Shown here: piece by piece, positions 1 to 12,780 of the stretch | Position numbering within the stretch: position 1 is the first letter of the stretch | Layout of the letters: the number at the start of each line of letters is the position of its first letter | NCBI GenBank assembly: GCA_902610815.1 | Contig: CACLXG010000001.1 | Location: 12,775-76,774 of the forward strand | Length of the DNA stretch: 64,000 nt | Direction of reading: 5' to 3' | Origin: an uncultured Candidatus Actinomarina sp. | GTDB lineage: Bacteria > Actinomycetota > Acidimicrobiia > Actinomarinales > Actinomarinaceae | Notes under the pieces: model-generated | What the model was told of the DNA's origin: nothing | The model's database searches: none | The model's input: only the letters and a program-made list of their open reading frames with translations | Position numbers and translations under genes: made by a program

Positions 1-1
1 T

Positions 2-514
2 CCTAAAACTGAATCACAGGGGAGAGTTCATACTTCAATAGCAACTGTTGCAGTGCTTCCTGAAGCTGAAGAGGTTGACTTAAATATCGTTGATAGTGAT
101 TTAAAAATTGATGTTTATAGATCTAGCGGTCCTGGTGGTCAAAGTGTTAATACAACTGACTCAGCAGTAAGAATTACTCATATACCAACAGGCTTAGTTG
201 TCACCAGTCAAGATGAAAAATCGCAGTTAAAAAATAAAAATCAAGCAATGAGAATTTTAAGGGCAAGACTTTTAAAGGCTGAACAAGATAAAGCTGCAGC
301 AGAACGTGCAAAAGATAGAAAAGAGCAAGTCGGTTCTGGTGAGAGATCAGACAAGATAAGAACATATAATTACAAAGACAATAGAGTTTCAGATCACAGG
401 ATAAACTTGACACTAAAAAAATTAGACCAAGTTTTGGATGGAGACTTAGAAGAGTTTGTTGTTGGCTTGATTGCAGATAATGAAGCTTCAAGACTTGCCA
501 ATCTAGAAGAATAA
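2..514 (+). CDS. prfA: Peptide chain release factor 1, 5'-truncated by the window edge
   Basis: Open frame from base 2 reads [12 protein letters not shown] (PxT motif), then [15 protein letters not shown] and RTYNY..NRVSDHR; followed by prmC. Confidence 0.96.
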   Translation, partial: PKTESQGRVHTSIATVAVLPEAEEVDLNIVDSDLKIDVYRSSGPGGQSVNTTDSAVRITHIPTGLVVTSQDEKSQLKNKNQAMRILRARLLKAEQDKAAAERAKDRKEQVGSGERSDKIRTYNYKDNRVSDHRINLTLKKLDQVLDGDLEEFVVGLIADNEASRLANLEE

Positions 515-1263
515 TGAACATCCAACAAATTCCTGAGCATGAACTGGCAAGACTCAGAGAAAAAGCTAAAGAAATTACAGGGTCACAGTCAGATTATCAT
601 TCATCCTATACAGAGCTTCTTACTAGAAGACTAAATGGTGAGCCTCTTCAATACATAGAAGAATATATACCTTTTTATAGCATTCAAATCAATGTTGACC
701 AACGGTGTTTGATCCCAAGACCAGAAACAGAGTTTTTAATTGAGTTAATAAAAAATAAGTCTGATAATCCAAAAAAAATCTTGGATGTGGGTACCGGAAC
801 TGGATGTATTGCACTTATGCTGAAAAAACTATATCCGGAATCAACAGTTGATGCATGTGATATTTCCCTTGAAGCATTAGATTTAGCAAAAGAGAATTCA
901 GAAATTAATAATCTTGAAATTAATTTATTTCAATCAGATCTTTTAAGTGATGTTGAAGAAGTTGATTATGACATAATTGTTGCAAACTTACCCTATATTC
1001 CAACAGAAACTCTTTCTAGTCTTGAGTCTGAAGTAGTGGACTATGAACCACTTGTAGCTCTTGATGGTGGAATTGATGGACTTTTATATATCAATAGATT
1101 AATAAAAGAAATTGAGGAAAAAGATATAAGAAACCTTACCCTATTTTTAGAAGTCGACACTAGTCATGCAACAACCATTTTGAATAATCTTTCACATTGG
1201 AAGCAAGTAGAATTAGAGAAGGACTTAGTTGAAAGAGATCGGTATATAATTGCAAAACAATAA
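514..1263 (+). CDS. prmC: Release factor glutamine N5-methyltransferase (HemK)
   Basis: GEPLQYI, LIPRPETE, LDVGTGTG, NLPY, ALDGG motifs; TAATG overlap with prfA. Confidence 0.93.
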   Translation: MNIQQIPEHELARLREKAKEITGSQSDYHSSYTELLTRRLNGEPLQYIEEYIPFYSIQINVDQRCLIPRPETEFLIELIKNKSDNPKKILDVGTGTGCIALMLKKLYPESTVDACDISLEALDLAKENSEINNLEINLFQSDLLSDVEEVDYDIIVANLPYIPTETLSSLESEVVDYEPLVALDGGIDGLLYINRLIKEIEEKDIRNLTLFLEVDTSHATTILNNLSHWKQVELEKDLVERDRYIIAKQ

Positions 1264-1831
1264 ATTGAATCTTGCAGTTGAAGCAATAAATAACAATCAA
1301 GTAGTAGGTATTCCAACAGAGACCGTTTATGGAATTGGAGTTAATCCTTATAGTCAGGAAGCTGTAAATAAAATTTTTGACTTAAAAGGAAGAGATGAAG
1401 ATAAACCTTTATCTATTCTTGTTTCTTCATATTATGACCTACAAAAACTTGATATAGTATCAACAATTCCTGAAGTTGTAGAGCTTTATTGGCCAGGACC
1501 ACTAACGATTGTCGTTGAGACAACAAAGGAATTTGCTGATGGTGTTGGTACAAAAAATCCATTTTCAATTGGGATCAGAGTTCCCGACAATGAGCTAGCA
1601 ATTGAGTTATTAAAAATTACTGGACCACTAGCTGTTACAAGTGCAAACCGTTCTGGTGAAAATGATGTTACTAGTAATACTGAAGCAGAAGAAATATTTG
1701 GCTCAAATGTTGCAGAATATCTTGAAGGAGCTTCTGTTCACGGAAGTGGATCAACTATCATAGATTTTCGTGTCGAGGGTGGAGAAATTTTAAGAGAAGG
1801 CCCACTTAAATGGCCTCCAAGTTACTGTTAG
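1250..1831 (+). CDS. tsaC: L-threonylcarbamoyladenylate synthase (YrdC/Sua5 family)
   Basis: PTETVYG, KGR..KPL, WPGPLT, IRVP, TSANRSG motifs. Confidence 0.93.
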   Translation: MQNNKLNLAVEAINNNQVVGIPTETVYGIGVNPYSQEAVNKIFDLKGRDEDKPLSILVSSYYDLQKLDIVSTIPEVVELYWPGPLTIVVETTKEFADGVGTKNPFSIGIRVPDNELAIELLKITGPLAVTSANRSGENDVTSNTEAEEIFGSNVAEYLEGASVHGSGSTIIDFRVEGGEILREGPLKWPPSYC

Positions 1832-1841
1832 AATACATATC

Positions 1842-3104
1842 ATGAATAAAAAAGGCGCTTCCCAAGAATCACTTAATAATGTAGATGCAGAAATTTCTGA
1901 GTTAATTGATAACGACTTAAATAGACAAAATACACATATACACCTCATAGCATCAGAAAACTTTGCCTCAAAAGCAGTAATGGAAGCATCTGGCTCAATA
2001 TTGACTAATAAATACTCTGAGGGTTTTCCAGGACGTAGATATTACGAAGGATGTGAAATTATTGATCAAATCGAACAGCTAGCGATTGATAGAGCTTGCG
2101 AATTATTTGAAGCCGATCACGCTAATGTTCAACCTCATTCAGGATCATCTGCAAATATGGCAGTTTACTTGTCTTTATTAGAACCGGGGGACACCGTACT
2201 AGGAATGTCACTTGATCAGGGAGGACATCTAACACACGGTTCACCTGTTAACTTCTCAGGACAGATATACAACTTTGTTGGCTACGGTCTAGACGAGGAA
2301 TCAGAATTAATTGATATGGAAACTGTTTACAACATGGCTATAGAGCATAAACCTAAATTAATAATTGCTGGCTACTCTTCCTATTCACAATCACTTAATT
2401 TCCAAAAATTCAGAGAGATTGCAGATGAAGTTGGCGCTCACTTTATGGTTGATGCAGCTCACTTTATAGGACTAGTTGCTGGAAAAGTTGTAGACAATCC
2501 AGCCAAATATGCTGATGTTGTTACGGCAACAACTCACAAAGCTTTACGTGGGCCACGTGGTGGAATTATTTTAACAAGAGAAGAGTTTGCAAAGGATATT
2601 GATAAAAATACATTTCCTGGAGCTCAAGGTGGGGCACTAAATAACCAAATAGCAGCAAAAGCTGTATGTTTTAAAGAAGCTTTAACAAAAGAATATCAAG
2701 AATATGCACAACAAATTTTAAACAATGCAAAAGCATTAGCTGATTCTTTTCAAGAACAAGGCTTAAGAGTAGTAAGTGGTGGAACAGAGAACCATTTAGT
2801 TCTTGTCGATACAAGAAGTGTGGACGAAGAACTAACCGGTAAAGAAGCTGGTATTTTGCTAAATGATAGGGGAGTTACTTTAAATAGAAATGCAATACCA
2901 TTTGATCCTCGATCTCCTTTTATAACTTCAGGTATACGCATGGGTACTCCAGCAGTAACAACATGTGGCATGAAAGAAAATGAACTAACTCAGGTTGGTT
3001 ATCTAATATCTGAAATAATGAAAAATAGATCAGATGAAAATAAATTAAATGAGTTAGAGGCAGAAGTCAGATCTCTTGCCAAGAGTTTTCAACCGTATGG
3101 CTAA
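1842..3104 (+). CDS. glyA: Serine hydroxymethyltransferase
   Basis: LIASEN, NKYSEGFPGRRYY, NVQPHSGS, GGHLTHG, TTHKALRGPRGG. Confidence 0.98.
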   Translation: MNKKGASQESLNNVDAEISELIDNDLNRQNTHIHLIASENFASKAVMEASGSILTNKYSEGFPGRRYYEGCEIIDQIEQLAIDRACELFEADHANVQPHSGSSANMAVYLSLLEPGDTVLGMSLDQGGHLTHGSPVNFSGQIYNFVGYGLDEESELIDMETVYNMAIEHKPKLIIAGYSSYSQSLNFQKFREIADEVGAHFMVDAAHFIGLVAGKVVDNPAKYADVVTATTHKALRGPRGGIILTREEFAKDIDKNTFPGAQGGALNNQIAAKAVCFKEALTKEYQEYAQQILNNAKALADSFQEQGLRVVSGGTENHLVLVDTRSVDEELTGKEAGILLNDRGVTLNRNAIPFDPRSPFITSGIRMGTPAVTTCGMKENELTQVGYLISEIMKNRSDENKLNELEAEVRSLAKSFQPYG

Positions 3105-3312
3105 AGCAAGAATTAATTTAGAAGATTTTGGCCCTGTTTCTACTTTTTCTACATCTATTTTAAGTGGACTTTTAATAGGGCTTTTAATACAAAACTTTTT
3201 TGGATATGCACCTTGGCCAGTAATAATATTTGTACTAATTGGTATCTATGACGGATATAGAAGAATGTGGAATATTTCAGCAAAATTAGAGGAAGAAAAA
3301 GATGAACGTTGA
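3097..3312 (+). CDS. Small two-TM AtpZ/AtpI-family protein
   Basis: Two hydrophobic segments; first gene of the atp cluster; ATG at 3097 overlaps the glyA end. Confidence 0.65.
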   Translation: MAKARINLEDFGPVSTFSTSILSGLLIGLLIQNFFGYAPWPVIIFVLIGIYDGYRRMWNISAKLEEEKDER

Positions 3313-3706
3313 AATTGAACTAGCAAAAAGGATGCTTTTTAGATCTTCACCTATATATGTGATTGTTCCAGTCTTATTTTATTTTAAATCCCAAGAAGCA
3401 TTTTTCACCTCTCTATATTCTTCAGTAATTGTTGCTACAGGTTTTTTTCTAGGAGCAGTAATCATGTCTTATGCAGCAAAAATCTCTCTAAATTTCTATT
3501 ATTTTGCTGCGTTATTTGGATACGTTTTTAGATTAATTTTTATATTTGGGTTTCTCTTATTACTAAAAAACGTTTATTCTATTGATGATTTGGCAATGTC
3601 TCTGACAGTGCCGATTGTTTTTTTAACTATGTTATTTATAGAAATGACTATGGTTATTAAGAGAAAAGACACAGATTTAGATTGGGCAAATGATAACAGC
3701 AGCTGA
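3302..3706 (+). CDS. atpI: ATP synthase protein I
   Basis: Four hydrophobic segments, GYVFRL motif, immediately upstream of atpB. Confidence 0.7.
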   Translation: MNVEIELAKRMLFRSSPIYVIVPVLFYFKSQEAFFTSLYSSVIVATGFFLGAVIMSYAAKISLNFYYFAALFGYVFRLIFIFGFLLLLKNVYSIDDLAMSLTVPIVFLTMLFIEMTMVIKRKDTDLDWANDNSS

Positions 3707-4496
3707 AACTTGTGATTTTATTAATGAAGTAGTTTGCAAACCTGCAAATGTAAAAGAATTATTCGAATTTGGTAATTTTGCAGGAACACAGATATCAAGA
3801 ACCGAAGTCCTAATACTTCTTGCAGCCATTATTCCAGTGGTTGTTGTGTTTTTTGGATTAAGAAAAAAATCAGTTGTACCTGGAAAACTTCAATCGGCAG
3901 TTGAATCAATATTCACATTCGTAAAAGATGAGATAGCACTAGGTGTTATTGGTAGAGGGGGAGAGAAATTTACCCCATATTTAGTCTCAATATTTTTATT
4001 TATACTTGTAGGAAACCTATTTGAGGTTGCTCCATTAATTAACTTCCCAGTCACATCTCGTATGGCTTTACCACTATTTTTAAGTTTGATAACGTACTTT
4101 ATTTTTGTTTTTGTTGGAATAAAAGAAGAAGGTTTTGGCTATATATCACATCTCGTATGGCCTCCAGGCGTACCAGTTGCGCTTAAACCATTAGTAGGCG
4201 TCATAGAGTTAGTTTCAGTTTTATTAGTGAGACCATTTAGTCTCGCAGTTCGACTTTTTGCTAACCTTGTTGCTGGTCACGTTATGCTCAGTTTGTTATT
4301 AGCATCTGCATATTTTTTCTTAGTACAACCTGGTGGTGCTGATTACATCCTCTCTAAAGCACCTATTGGATTAGCTTGGTTCACACTTGGTTTGGGAATC
4401 TATGGATTCGAATTAATAGTTTCAATTTTGCAGGCATACATATTTACATTGTTGTCTGCAGTGTATATACAAACGTCTCTGCATCCAGAGCATTAA
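3690..4496 (+). CDS. atpB: F0F1 ATP synthase subunit a
   Basis: VPGKLQSAVE, RPFSLAVRLFANLVAGH, LQAYIFTLLSAVYI. Confidence 0.97.
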   Translation: MITAAETCDFINEVVCKPANVKELFEFGNFAGTQISRTEVLILLAAIIPVVVVFFGLRKKSVVPGKLQSAVESIFTFVKDEIALGVIGRGGEKFTPYLVSIFLFILVGNLFEVAPLINFPVTSRMALPLFLSLITYFIFVFVGIKEEGFGYISHLVWPPGVPVALKPLVGVIELVSVLLVRPFSLAVRLFANLVAGHVMLSLLLASAYFFLVQPGGADYILSKAPIGLAWFTLGLGIYGFELIVSILQAYIFTLLSAVYIQTSLHPEH

Positions 4497-4715
<219 letters not shown>

Positions 4716-4731
4716 GAGTAAAAGAGTGAAT

Positions 4732-5262
4732 ATGAATTTAGAATTATTATTAGCGGAAGCTGAAGAATCAAGCTCAGGCATTGATCTGCTTTTGCCTGCA
4801 ACATCTGAACTTGTTGCTGGTATTGCTGCTTTTGCAATTGTATTTTTCTTTATTTGGAAATGGGCACTACCTGCATTAAATGAAACTTTAGCATCAAGAG
4901 CTTCTGCTATAGAAGGTCAGATAAAAGAAGCTGAGGAAACAAAAGCCGAAGCTGAGAAATCTAAAGCTGAGTACGACAAGCTTGTGTCAAATGCTGATTC
5001 AGAAGTTCAAACAATCATTGATGAAGGTAAAGCTGCCGCTGAGAAAATTAAAGAAGATATGCTTGCAGAAGCCAAAAAAGAAGCAGAAGCAATCGTAGAA
5101 AAAGCTAAATCAGATTCAGAGGCTGAAAAAGAAAGAGTTTCTTCAGAATTAAAAGGTGAAGTAGCCGATCTCTCTTTGGAGATATCACAAAAAGTTGCAT
5201 CATCTATGTCAAAAAATGACCAAAAGAAACTTATTGATAAATTTATAAAGGATATGGGGTAA
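4732..5262 (+). CDS. atpF: F0F1 ATP synthase subunit b
   Basis: N-terminal TM followed by charged coiled coil; operon position; start placed at ATG 4732. Confidence 0.93.
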   Translation: MNLELLLAEAEESSSGIDLLLPATSELVAGIAAFAIVFFFIWKWALPALNETLASRASAIEGQIKEAEETKAEAEKSKAEYDKLVSNADSEVQTIIDEGKAAAEKIKEDMLAEAKKEAEAIVEKAKSDSEAEKERVSSELKGEVADLSLEISQKVASSMSKNDQKKLIDKFIKDMG

Positions 5263-5270
5263 CAGAAACA

Positions 5271-5798
5271 ATGTCAGTTGAGACTTTTTCAAAAGGTTTA
5301 GTTGAAATAATTGCATCTTCTGATGATTCAGAAAGAGTTGAAAATGAAATCCTCCAAGTTTTCAAGTCTTTATCAGATTCATCAGAGGCTCTTGATGTAT
5401 TTAGAAACTTTGGAATACCTGTAGAGAAAAAGATTGAGGCTGTACAAAACTTGTTGAGCACACGAGTTTTACCTTTAACGGTAGACTTGGTGACCCTCAC
5501 TATATCCCAAGGTTATGCAGATAACCTAAATGATATTGAATCAAGTGTTGCTAATTTTATAGCAAACAAAAGAGGAGCTTCAGTAGCAAAAGTCGTGACA
5601 GCTGTTGAGCTCGACGATAAAACACAAAAAGCACTACAAAAGGCAATAAAAAGCAAAGTTGGAACTGACGTAGAGCTAAGTATTGATGTTGATCCATCTG
5701 TAATTGGTGGAATAAGTGTAAGTGTAGGAGAGAGAACTTTTGACGGTCTTCTCTCATCAAAGTTTTCAGAAATTAAAACTGTATTAGAAGGTAGGTAG
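5271..5798 (+). CDS. atpH: F0F1 ATP synthase subunit delta
   Basis: [26 protein letters not shown]. Confidence 0.93.
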   Translation: MSVETFSKGLVEIIASSDDSERVENEILQVFKSLSDSSEALDVFRNFGIPVEKKIEAVQNLLSTRVLPLTVDLVTLTISQGYADNLNDIESSVANFIANKRGASVAKVVTAVELDDKTQKALQKAIKSKVGTDVELSIDVDPSVIGGISVSVGERTFDGLLSSKFSEIKTVLEGR

Positions 5799-5799
5799 A

Positions 5800-7317
5800 A
5801 TGAGCGATCTAAATATTGACGCAAAAGCGATATCAGATTCTTTAAAGTCTACTCTTGGTGACTGGAAAGATTCTGTAAAAGATGACGTAGTTGGTTATGT
5901 ATCAGCGATTGCAGACGGTGTAGCAAGAGTTAAGGGCTTAGAAAATGTTATGGCTTCTGAGCTACTCGAGTTTCCAGGTGGACTAGTCGGTGTTGCTCTT
6001 AACTTAGAAGAAGATTCAATCGGTGTCGTTCTAATGGGTGACTCCAATCATATTGAAGAAGGTAACCCTGTTAAGCAGACTGGTGAAGTTCTTTCCATAG
6101 GAGTTGGAGATGGATTTTTAGGAAGAGTTATCGATCCACTAGGAAACCCAATTGATGGAAAAGGTCCTATAGAATTTACCGAAAGAAGACGTCTTGAGCT
6201 TCAAGCACCTTCCGTTGTTGAAAGACAACCTGTTGGAGAACCACTTCAAACTGGTATCAAAGCTATTGACTCCATGATTCCAATTGGAAGGGGCCAAAGA
6301 GAGCTTATCATTGGTGATAGGCAGATTGGAAAAACCGCTGTTGCAGTAGATACAATAATTAATCAAAAAGATACTGACGTAAAGTGTATTTACGTTGCTA
6401 TTGGTCAGAAATCATCAACTGTAGCTGAAGTTGTAGAGAGATTTGAAGAAGAGGGAGTGCTTGATAAAGTAGTTATAGTTAATGCGCCAGCTTCAGCAGC
6501 TGCAGCATTGCAGATGTATGCTCCTTATGCTGGTTCAGCTATTGGTCAGCACTGGATGTACAACGGTGAACACGGACTAATTGTTTTTGACGACTTATCA
6601 AAACAAGCTATTGCATATCGTCAGATTTCACTACTTCTAAGACGACCTCCTGGAAGAGAGGCATATCCTGGTGACGTTTTCTATCTTCACTCAAGGTTAT
6701 TAGAGCGTTGTGCAAAAGTAAGTGAAGAGCTTGGTGGAGGGTCATTAACTGGTCTCCCAATTATTGAGACAAAAGCTGGTGACGTTTCAGCATTCATCCC
6801 AACTAACGTGATTTCCATTACAGATGGCCAGATTTATTTGGAATCAGAACTCTTTTATTCTGGTGTAAGACCTGCTGTAAACCCTGGTACATCAGTATCA
6901 AGAGTTGGTGGTGCAGCACAAACTAAGGCTATGAAAAAAGTCTCCGGTCCTTTAAGAATTAACCTTGCACAGTTCAGGGAGTTAGAGGCATTTGCTGAGT
7001 TCGGATCTGACTTAGATGCAGCATCTCAAGCACAGCTTGATAGAGGTAGAAGAGTTGTTGAGTTGCTAAAACAACCACAGTATCAACCAGTACCTATGGA
7101 AGAGCAAGTGGTATCACTATACGCAGTGACAGAGGGTTTTCTTGATGTAGTGGATCCAGCTGATATTCCACAAGCTGAGCAAGATTTGATTGACTTTGTA
7201 AAAACAAGACACTCTGATGTTATTAATTCGATTAAAACAACTGGTGAGTTGCCTGGAGAAGAATTAAAAGCTGCTGTCGAGGCTTTTGTAAGTACATTGG
7301 AGAAAAAAGAAGAGTAA
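5800..7317 (+). CDS. atpA: F0F1 ATP synthase subunit alpha
   Basis: [31 protein letters not shown]. Confidence 0.99.
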   Translation: MSDLNIDAKAISDSLKSTLGDWKDSVKDDVVGYVSAIADGVARVKGLENVMASELLEFPGGLVGVALNLEEDSIGVVLMGDSNHIEEGNPVKQTGEVLSIGVGDGFLGRVIDPLGNPIDGKGPIEFTERRRLELQAPSVVERQPVGEPLQTGIKAIDSMIPIGRGQRELIIGDRQIGKTAVAVDTIINQKDTDVKCIYVAIGQKSSTVAEVVERFEEEGVLDKVVIVNAPASAAAALQMYAPYAGSAIGQHWMYNGEHGLIVFDDLSKQAIAYRQISLLLRRPPGREAYPGDVFYLHSRLLERCAKVSEELGGGSLTGLPIIETKAGDVSAFIPTNVISITDGQIYLESELFYSGVRPAVNPGTSVSRVGGAAQTKAMKKVSGPLRINLAQFRELEAFAEFGSDLDAASQAQLDRGRRVVELLKQPQYQPVPMEEQVVSLYAVTEGFLDVVDPADIPQAEQDLIDFVKTRHSDVINSIKTTGELPGEELKAAVEAFVSTLEKKEE

Positions 7318-7320
7318 ATT

Positions 7321-8190
7321 ATGGCAAGTGCTGAATTACGAATAATAAATAGAAGAATTAAGAGTGTTAAATCTACTAAGAAGATAACACGTGCAATGGA
7401 ACTTATTGCTTCTTCAAGAATTGTAAAAGCACAACAAAGACTTACCTCTTCCAACAATTACACAAACTTACTCGCTCAGATTGTTGAAGAACTTACAGGG
7501 AGTGGTGAAATGCCAACTTCGCCTGCAATTGAAGGAACAAAAAAGATAACACTTGTTGTTATTACTTCAGATCGTGGACTTGCAGGTGCTTATAACACAA
7601 ACATTTTAAAACTTGCTGAGATAAGAAAAGCTGAGTATGAAAATCTAGGTAACCAAGTAGAGATTGTCACTGTTGGAAAAAAAGCAAATGGATATTTCAA
7701 GTATAGAAATGTTGAACCTAAACAGAACTATGAGGGCATAACTGATGAACCAAATTTTGAAAATGCATTAGAAATTATGACGCCTTTAGTTCAAGAATTT
7801 TATGCTGGAAAAACTAACCAAATTGAACTTGTGTATACAGAATATCAGTCTGCGATGACACAAACAGCACTCTATAAAACTGTCCTCCCATTTGAGGTAG
7901 AGCAGATTGCTAAAGAGGTTGAGTCAGTTGGAGCCTATACTTTTGAACCTTCAGCAAGCCAAGTGTTAAGTAATATTATTCCAAAATACACAAATGCAAC
8001 AATATTTTCTGCATTACTCAATGCTTCAACATCAGAGCATGCAGCGAGAATGAGAGCTATGAAAGCAGCAACTGAGAATGCAGAGGAGTTAATTAAGATT
8101 TTATCACGTCAAAGTAATCAAGCTAGACAGGCTGAAATTACTACTGAGATTTCAGAAATTGTAGGTGGAGCGGAAGCTCTAGCAGGATAA
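7321..8190 (+). CDS. atpG: F0F1 ATP synthase subunit gamma
   Basis: KITRAMELIA, SDRGLAG, ARQAEITTEISEIVGGAEAL. Confidence 0.98.
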   Translation: MASAELRIINRRIKSVKSTKKITRAMELIASSRIVKAQQRLTSSNNYTNLLAQIVEELTGSGEMPTSPAIEGTKKITLVVITSDRGLAGAYNTNILKLAEIRKAEYENLGNQVEIVTVGKKANGYFKYRNVEPKQNYEGITDEPNFENALEIMTPLVQEFYAGKTNQIELVYTEYQSAMTQTALYKTVLPFEVEQIAKEVESVGAYTFEPSASQVLSNIIPKYTNATIFSALLNASTSEHAARMRAMKAATENAEELIKILSRQSNQARQAEITTEISEIVGGAEALAG

Positions 8191-8201
8191 GGAGAAAATA
8201 A

Positions 8202-9619
<1,418 letters not shown>

Positions 9620-9620
<1 letters not shown>

Positions 9621-9934
9621 TGTTTGTCGAGGTTGTCTCACCAGAGGAGAATTGTTTCTCAGGAGATGCAACTATGGTTATTTCAAGAACTCCAAATGGT
9701 GAAATAGGAATTCTCGAGGGTCATGAACAAACAGTTGCAACTTTAGTACCTGGAGGATTAACCATTGAACATGACAATACAAGAACAAGCTTTGCAATTT
9801 CTGGTGGAATATTACAGATAACTGGAGAGAAAGTAATTGTTCTTGGCGAACTTGTTGAAAAGATTGATGGAGATCACGAAAAAGCTGTAGAAGTTGGTCA
9901 AGAATTAGCTAAAAAAGCCTTTCCAGAGGAATAA
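9620..9934 (+). CDS. atpC: F0F1 ATP synthase subunit epsilon (short)
   Basis: VEVVSPE, GEIGILEGH, FAISGG; last atp gene. Confidence 0.92.
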
Positions 9935-10764
9935 TGTCGTCACTTCTAGCATTTCACGCTCACCCTGATGATGAGAGCGTCTCGACTGGAGTTACGCTAG
10001 CAAAATATGCAGACGAAGGTCACAGAGTTGTAGTAGCTACTGCAACCGATGGTTCTGCTGGTGAAATTCATAACTACGATAATCCAGAAGAGCTTTTCCC
10101 TAAACTCGCTGAAATGAGAAGAAAAGAGTTAGAGGCAAGCCTTGAAGCACTTGGTGTAAAAGAGTATGAGTGGATGGGTTTTAAAGATTCTGGAATGATG
10201 GGTACTAGTGAAAATGATGATCCAGATTGTTTCTGGAGACAGAACTATTTTGATCCTGTAGGAAAACTCGTCGACATAATTAGAAAATATAAACCTGATG
10301 CTTTAATCACATATGACCCTTTTGGAGGTTATGGTCATCCAGATCATATTCAGACACATAGAATCGGAACCGCAGCTTTCTTTGCAGCTAGTGATTTAGA
10401 TAAATTTCCTCTAAAAGATGGTCAAGAAGTATGGATTCCAGAGCGTTTGTATTACAGTGCCTGGTCTAAAAAAAGAATGCAATCTAGAAGACAACAAATG
10501 TTTGATGCTGGAATTATTTCAGAAGAAGAATTTAACAGGTTTAACCCAATTGGTAGTGAACATGATGATATAGATGTTGAAGTTGATGGAACAAAGTATG
10601 TTGAACATAAAATTAAATCGATGAAAGCTCATCGAAGTCAGTTTAAAGATGACTGGTGGGGTTTTAATATTCCAGATGAATTTAAAAAGGATTTTTTAGG
10701 ATATGAAAACTACATACTTGCTTTTAATAGAGGGTCTTGGTCTTCAGAAACAGATTTAATCTAA
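9934..10764 (+). CDS. PIG-L/LmbE-family deacetylase, MshB/Mca-like (mycothiol metabolism)
   Basis: AFHAHPDDE, DSGMMG, YDPFGGYGHPDHIQ, AHRSQ; MshB and Mca cannot be distinguished by eye. Confidence 0.85.
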   Translation: MSSLLAFHAHPDDESVSTGVTLAKYADEGHRVVVATATDGSAGEIHNYDNPEELFPKLAEMRRKELEASLEALGVKEYEWMGFKDSGMMGTSENDDPDCFWRQNYFDPVGKLVDIIRKYKPDALITYDPFGGYGHPDHIQTHRIGTAAFFAASDLDKFPLKDGQEVWIPERLYYSAWSKKRMQSRRQQMFDAGIISEEEFNRFNPIGSEHDDIDVEVDGTKYVEHKIKSMKAHRSQFKDDWWGFNIPDEFKKDFLGYENYILAFNRGSWSSETDLI

Positions 10765-10772
10765 AAAAAGTC

Positions 10773-10822
10773 ATTAACTTAACGTATATTTTTTGTTTAC
10801 TTTGTGTTTACCTGTCATGAAT
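10773..10822 (+). promoter_or_regulatory. Putative PHO box (11-bp-spaced direct repeat units)
   Basis: GTTTAC at 10795 and 10806, with degenerate units ATTAAC (10773), GTATAT (10784) and ATGAAT (10817) in the same 11-bp register upstream of pstS; resembles actinobacterial PhoP GTTCA-type units. Confidence 0.65.
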
Positions 10823-10866
10823 ATCTTGGAACCAGTTAATTTAATTAAATTAAAGAAAGGAAATCC

Positions 10867-12708
10867 ATGATTAGATCAAAATCTAAATTCTGGTCTTTGC
10901 TTCTTGTGATGGTACTTGTCCTTGCTGCCTGTGGTGGCGGTAGCGACGATGCTGCTGAAGAAGCTGAAGAATCAGGTGGAGAAGAGTCAGCTACTCAAAC
11001 AACTGATGCATCTTCTTCTGATGGATCATCAGGTTTAACTGGTGAAATCTTAATCGATGGATCTTCAACTGTGTTCCCTATAACACAAGCTGTAGCTGAA
11101 GAATTTACAGCTCTTAACCCAGATGTACAAATATCTGTTGGTGTTTCAGGAACTGGTGGAGGATTCAAGAAATTTTGTCCTGGAGAAACAGATATATCTG
11201 ATGCTTCAAGACCTATTAAAGCCAAAGAGAGAGATCTCTGTGCAGAAAATGGCACTACATATACTGAACTTCAAGTTGGTGTAGACGCACTTTCAGTTGT
11301 TGTTCCAACATCAAATGACTTTGCAACATGTCTAACAACTGAAGAGTTAGGTGCTATATGGGGTGCAGACAGCACAGTCTCTAGTTGGAATCAAGTAAGA
11401 AGTTCATTCCCAGACATATCAATAGACCTTTATGGTCCTGGTACTGACTCTGGAACTTTTGACTTCTTCAATGAGGAAATTACAGAAGACTTGGGCGGTA
11501 GCCGTTCTGACTACACTGCATCAGAAGATGACAACGTTCTTGTAAACGGTGTATCTGGATCAGCTGGTGGTTTAGGATACTTTGGACTCGCATATTATGA
11601 AGAGAACAAAGATAAGCTTACTGCTGTTCAAGTAGATGCTGGTGATGGATGTGTTGGCCCAGAAGGCGCCTTTTCAGGCACATACGGACTAGCAAGACCA
11701 TTGTTTATATATGTAAATGATGCAAAAGCAAACGATCCAGTGATCAAAGCTTTTGTTGATTTTTACTTTGACTCATTAGATCCAATTGTAGAAGCTGTTG
11801 GCTACATTCCAATGTTGCCTGACGCTGCTGCAAGACAATTAGAGTATTGGCAAGTTGTAACAGGAAAACCATTGTCTGGTGAAATCTTAATTGATGGTTC
11901 ATCAACAGTCTTTCCAATCACTCAGGCTGTAGCAGAAGAGTTCACAGCAGTGCATCCTAATGTCAACATATCTGTTGGTGTTTCAGGAACTGGTGGAGGA
12001 TTCAAGAAATTCTGTCCTGGTGAAACAATGATTTCAGATGCTTCTCGTCCAATCAAAGATAAAGAGAAAGCATTATGTGAAGAAAACGGAGTTAATTATT
12101 TAGAAGTACAAGTAGGTATTGATGCTCTTTCAGTTGTTGTTCCAACATCAAATGACTGGGCTACATGTCTTACAACTGCAGAACTTACTTCAATTTGGGG
12201 TGCAGACAGCACTATTACAAACTGGAGCCAAGTAAGAGCAGGGTTCCCAGACGTAGCACTTGACCTTTATGGTCCTGGTACTGACTCTGGAACTTTTGAC
12301 TTCTTCAATGAAGAGTTAACAGAAGATAATGGTGGTAGCCGTTCTGACTACACTGCATCAGAAGATGACAACGTTCTTGTAAACGGTGTATCTGGATCAG
12401 CTGGTGGTTTAGGATACTTTGGACTCGCATATTATGAAGAGAACAAAGATAAGCTTACTGCTGTTCAAGTAGATGCTGGTGATGGATGTCAACCACCTGA
12501 AGCAGCATTTCAAGGAAATTATTTCTTAGCAAGACCACTATTCATCTATATAGCTGAGTCTGCAAAAGGAATGTCTGCAGTTAGAGAATTCGTCGATTTC
12601 TACTTTGTAGCAATGGATTCAATTGTACCTGCAGTAGGTTACGTACCTATGTTAGCTGAACAAAAAATGGCATCACTAATGTCATGGTCAGCGTTTAGTA
12701 GGGGATAG
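10867..12708 (+). CDS. pstS: Phosphate-binding lipoprotein with two tandem PstS domains
   Basis: Lipobox LAAC; two copies of [50 protein letters not shown]. Confidence 0.95.
   Translation: MIRSKSKFWSLLLVMVLVLAACGGGSDDAAEEAEESGGEESATQTTDASSSDGSSGLTGEILIDGSSTVFPITQAVAEEFTALNPDVQISVGVSGTGGGFKKFCPGETDISDASRPIKAKERDLCAENGTTYTELQVGVDALSVVVPTSNDFATCLTTEELGAIWGADSTVSSWNQVRSSFPDISIDLYGPGTDSGTFDFFNEEITEDLGGSRSDYTASEDDNVLVNGVSGSAGGLGYFGLAYYEENKDKLTAVQVDAGDGCVGPEGAFSGTYGLARPLFIYVNDAKANDPVIKAFVDFYFDSLDPIVEAVGYIPMLPDAAARQLEYWQVVTGKPLSGEILIDGSSTVFPITQAVAEEFTAVHPNVNISVGVSGTGGGFKKFCPGETMISDASRPIKDKEKALCEENGVNYLEVQVGIDALSVVVPTSNDWATCLTTAELTSIWGADSTITNWSQVRAGFPDVALDLYGPGTDSGTFDFFNEELTEDNGGSRSDYTASEDDNVLVNGVSGSAGGLGYFGLAYYEENKDKLTAVQVDAGDGCQPPEAAFQGNYFLARPLFIYIAESAKGMSAVREFVDFYFVAMDSIVPAVGYVPMLAEQKMASLMSWSAFSRG
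11041..12708 (+). repeat. Intragenic tandem duplication with 837-bp period
   Basis: 11497-11652 is identical to 12334-12489 (156 bp) and 11425-11474 is identical to 12262-12311 (50 bp); the rest is similar but diverged. Confidence 0.95.
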
Positions 12709-12731
12709 TCACTTTAATTAAAAAATAGTAA

Positions 12732-12759
12732 TTTGTGAGGGCACATTTGCCCTCACAAA
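12732..12759 (+). terminator. Hairpin between pstS and pstC (mRNA-stabilising or partial terminator)
   Basis: TTTGTGAGGGCA-CATT-TGCCCTCACAAA perfect 12-bp stem; no U-tract on the + strand. Confidence 0.7.
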
Positions 12760-12780
12760 CTACAATAAAAATATCAAATT

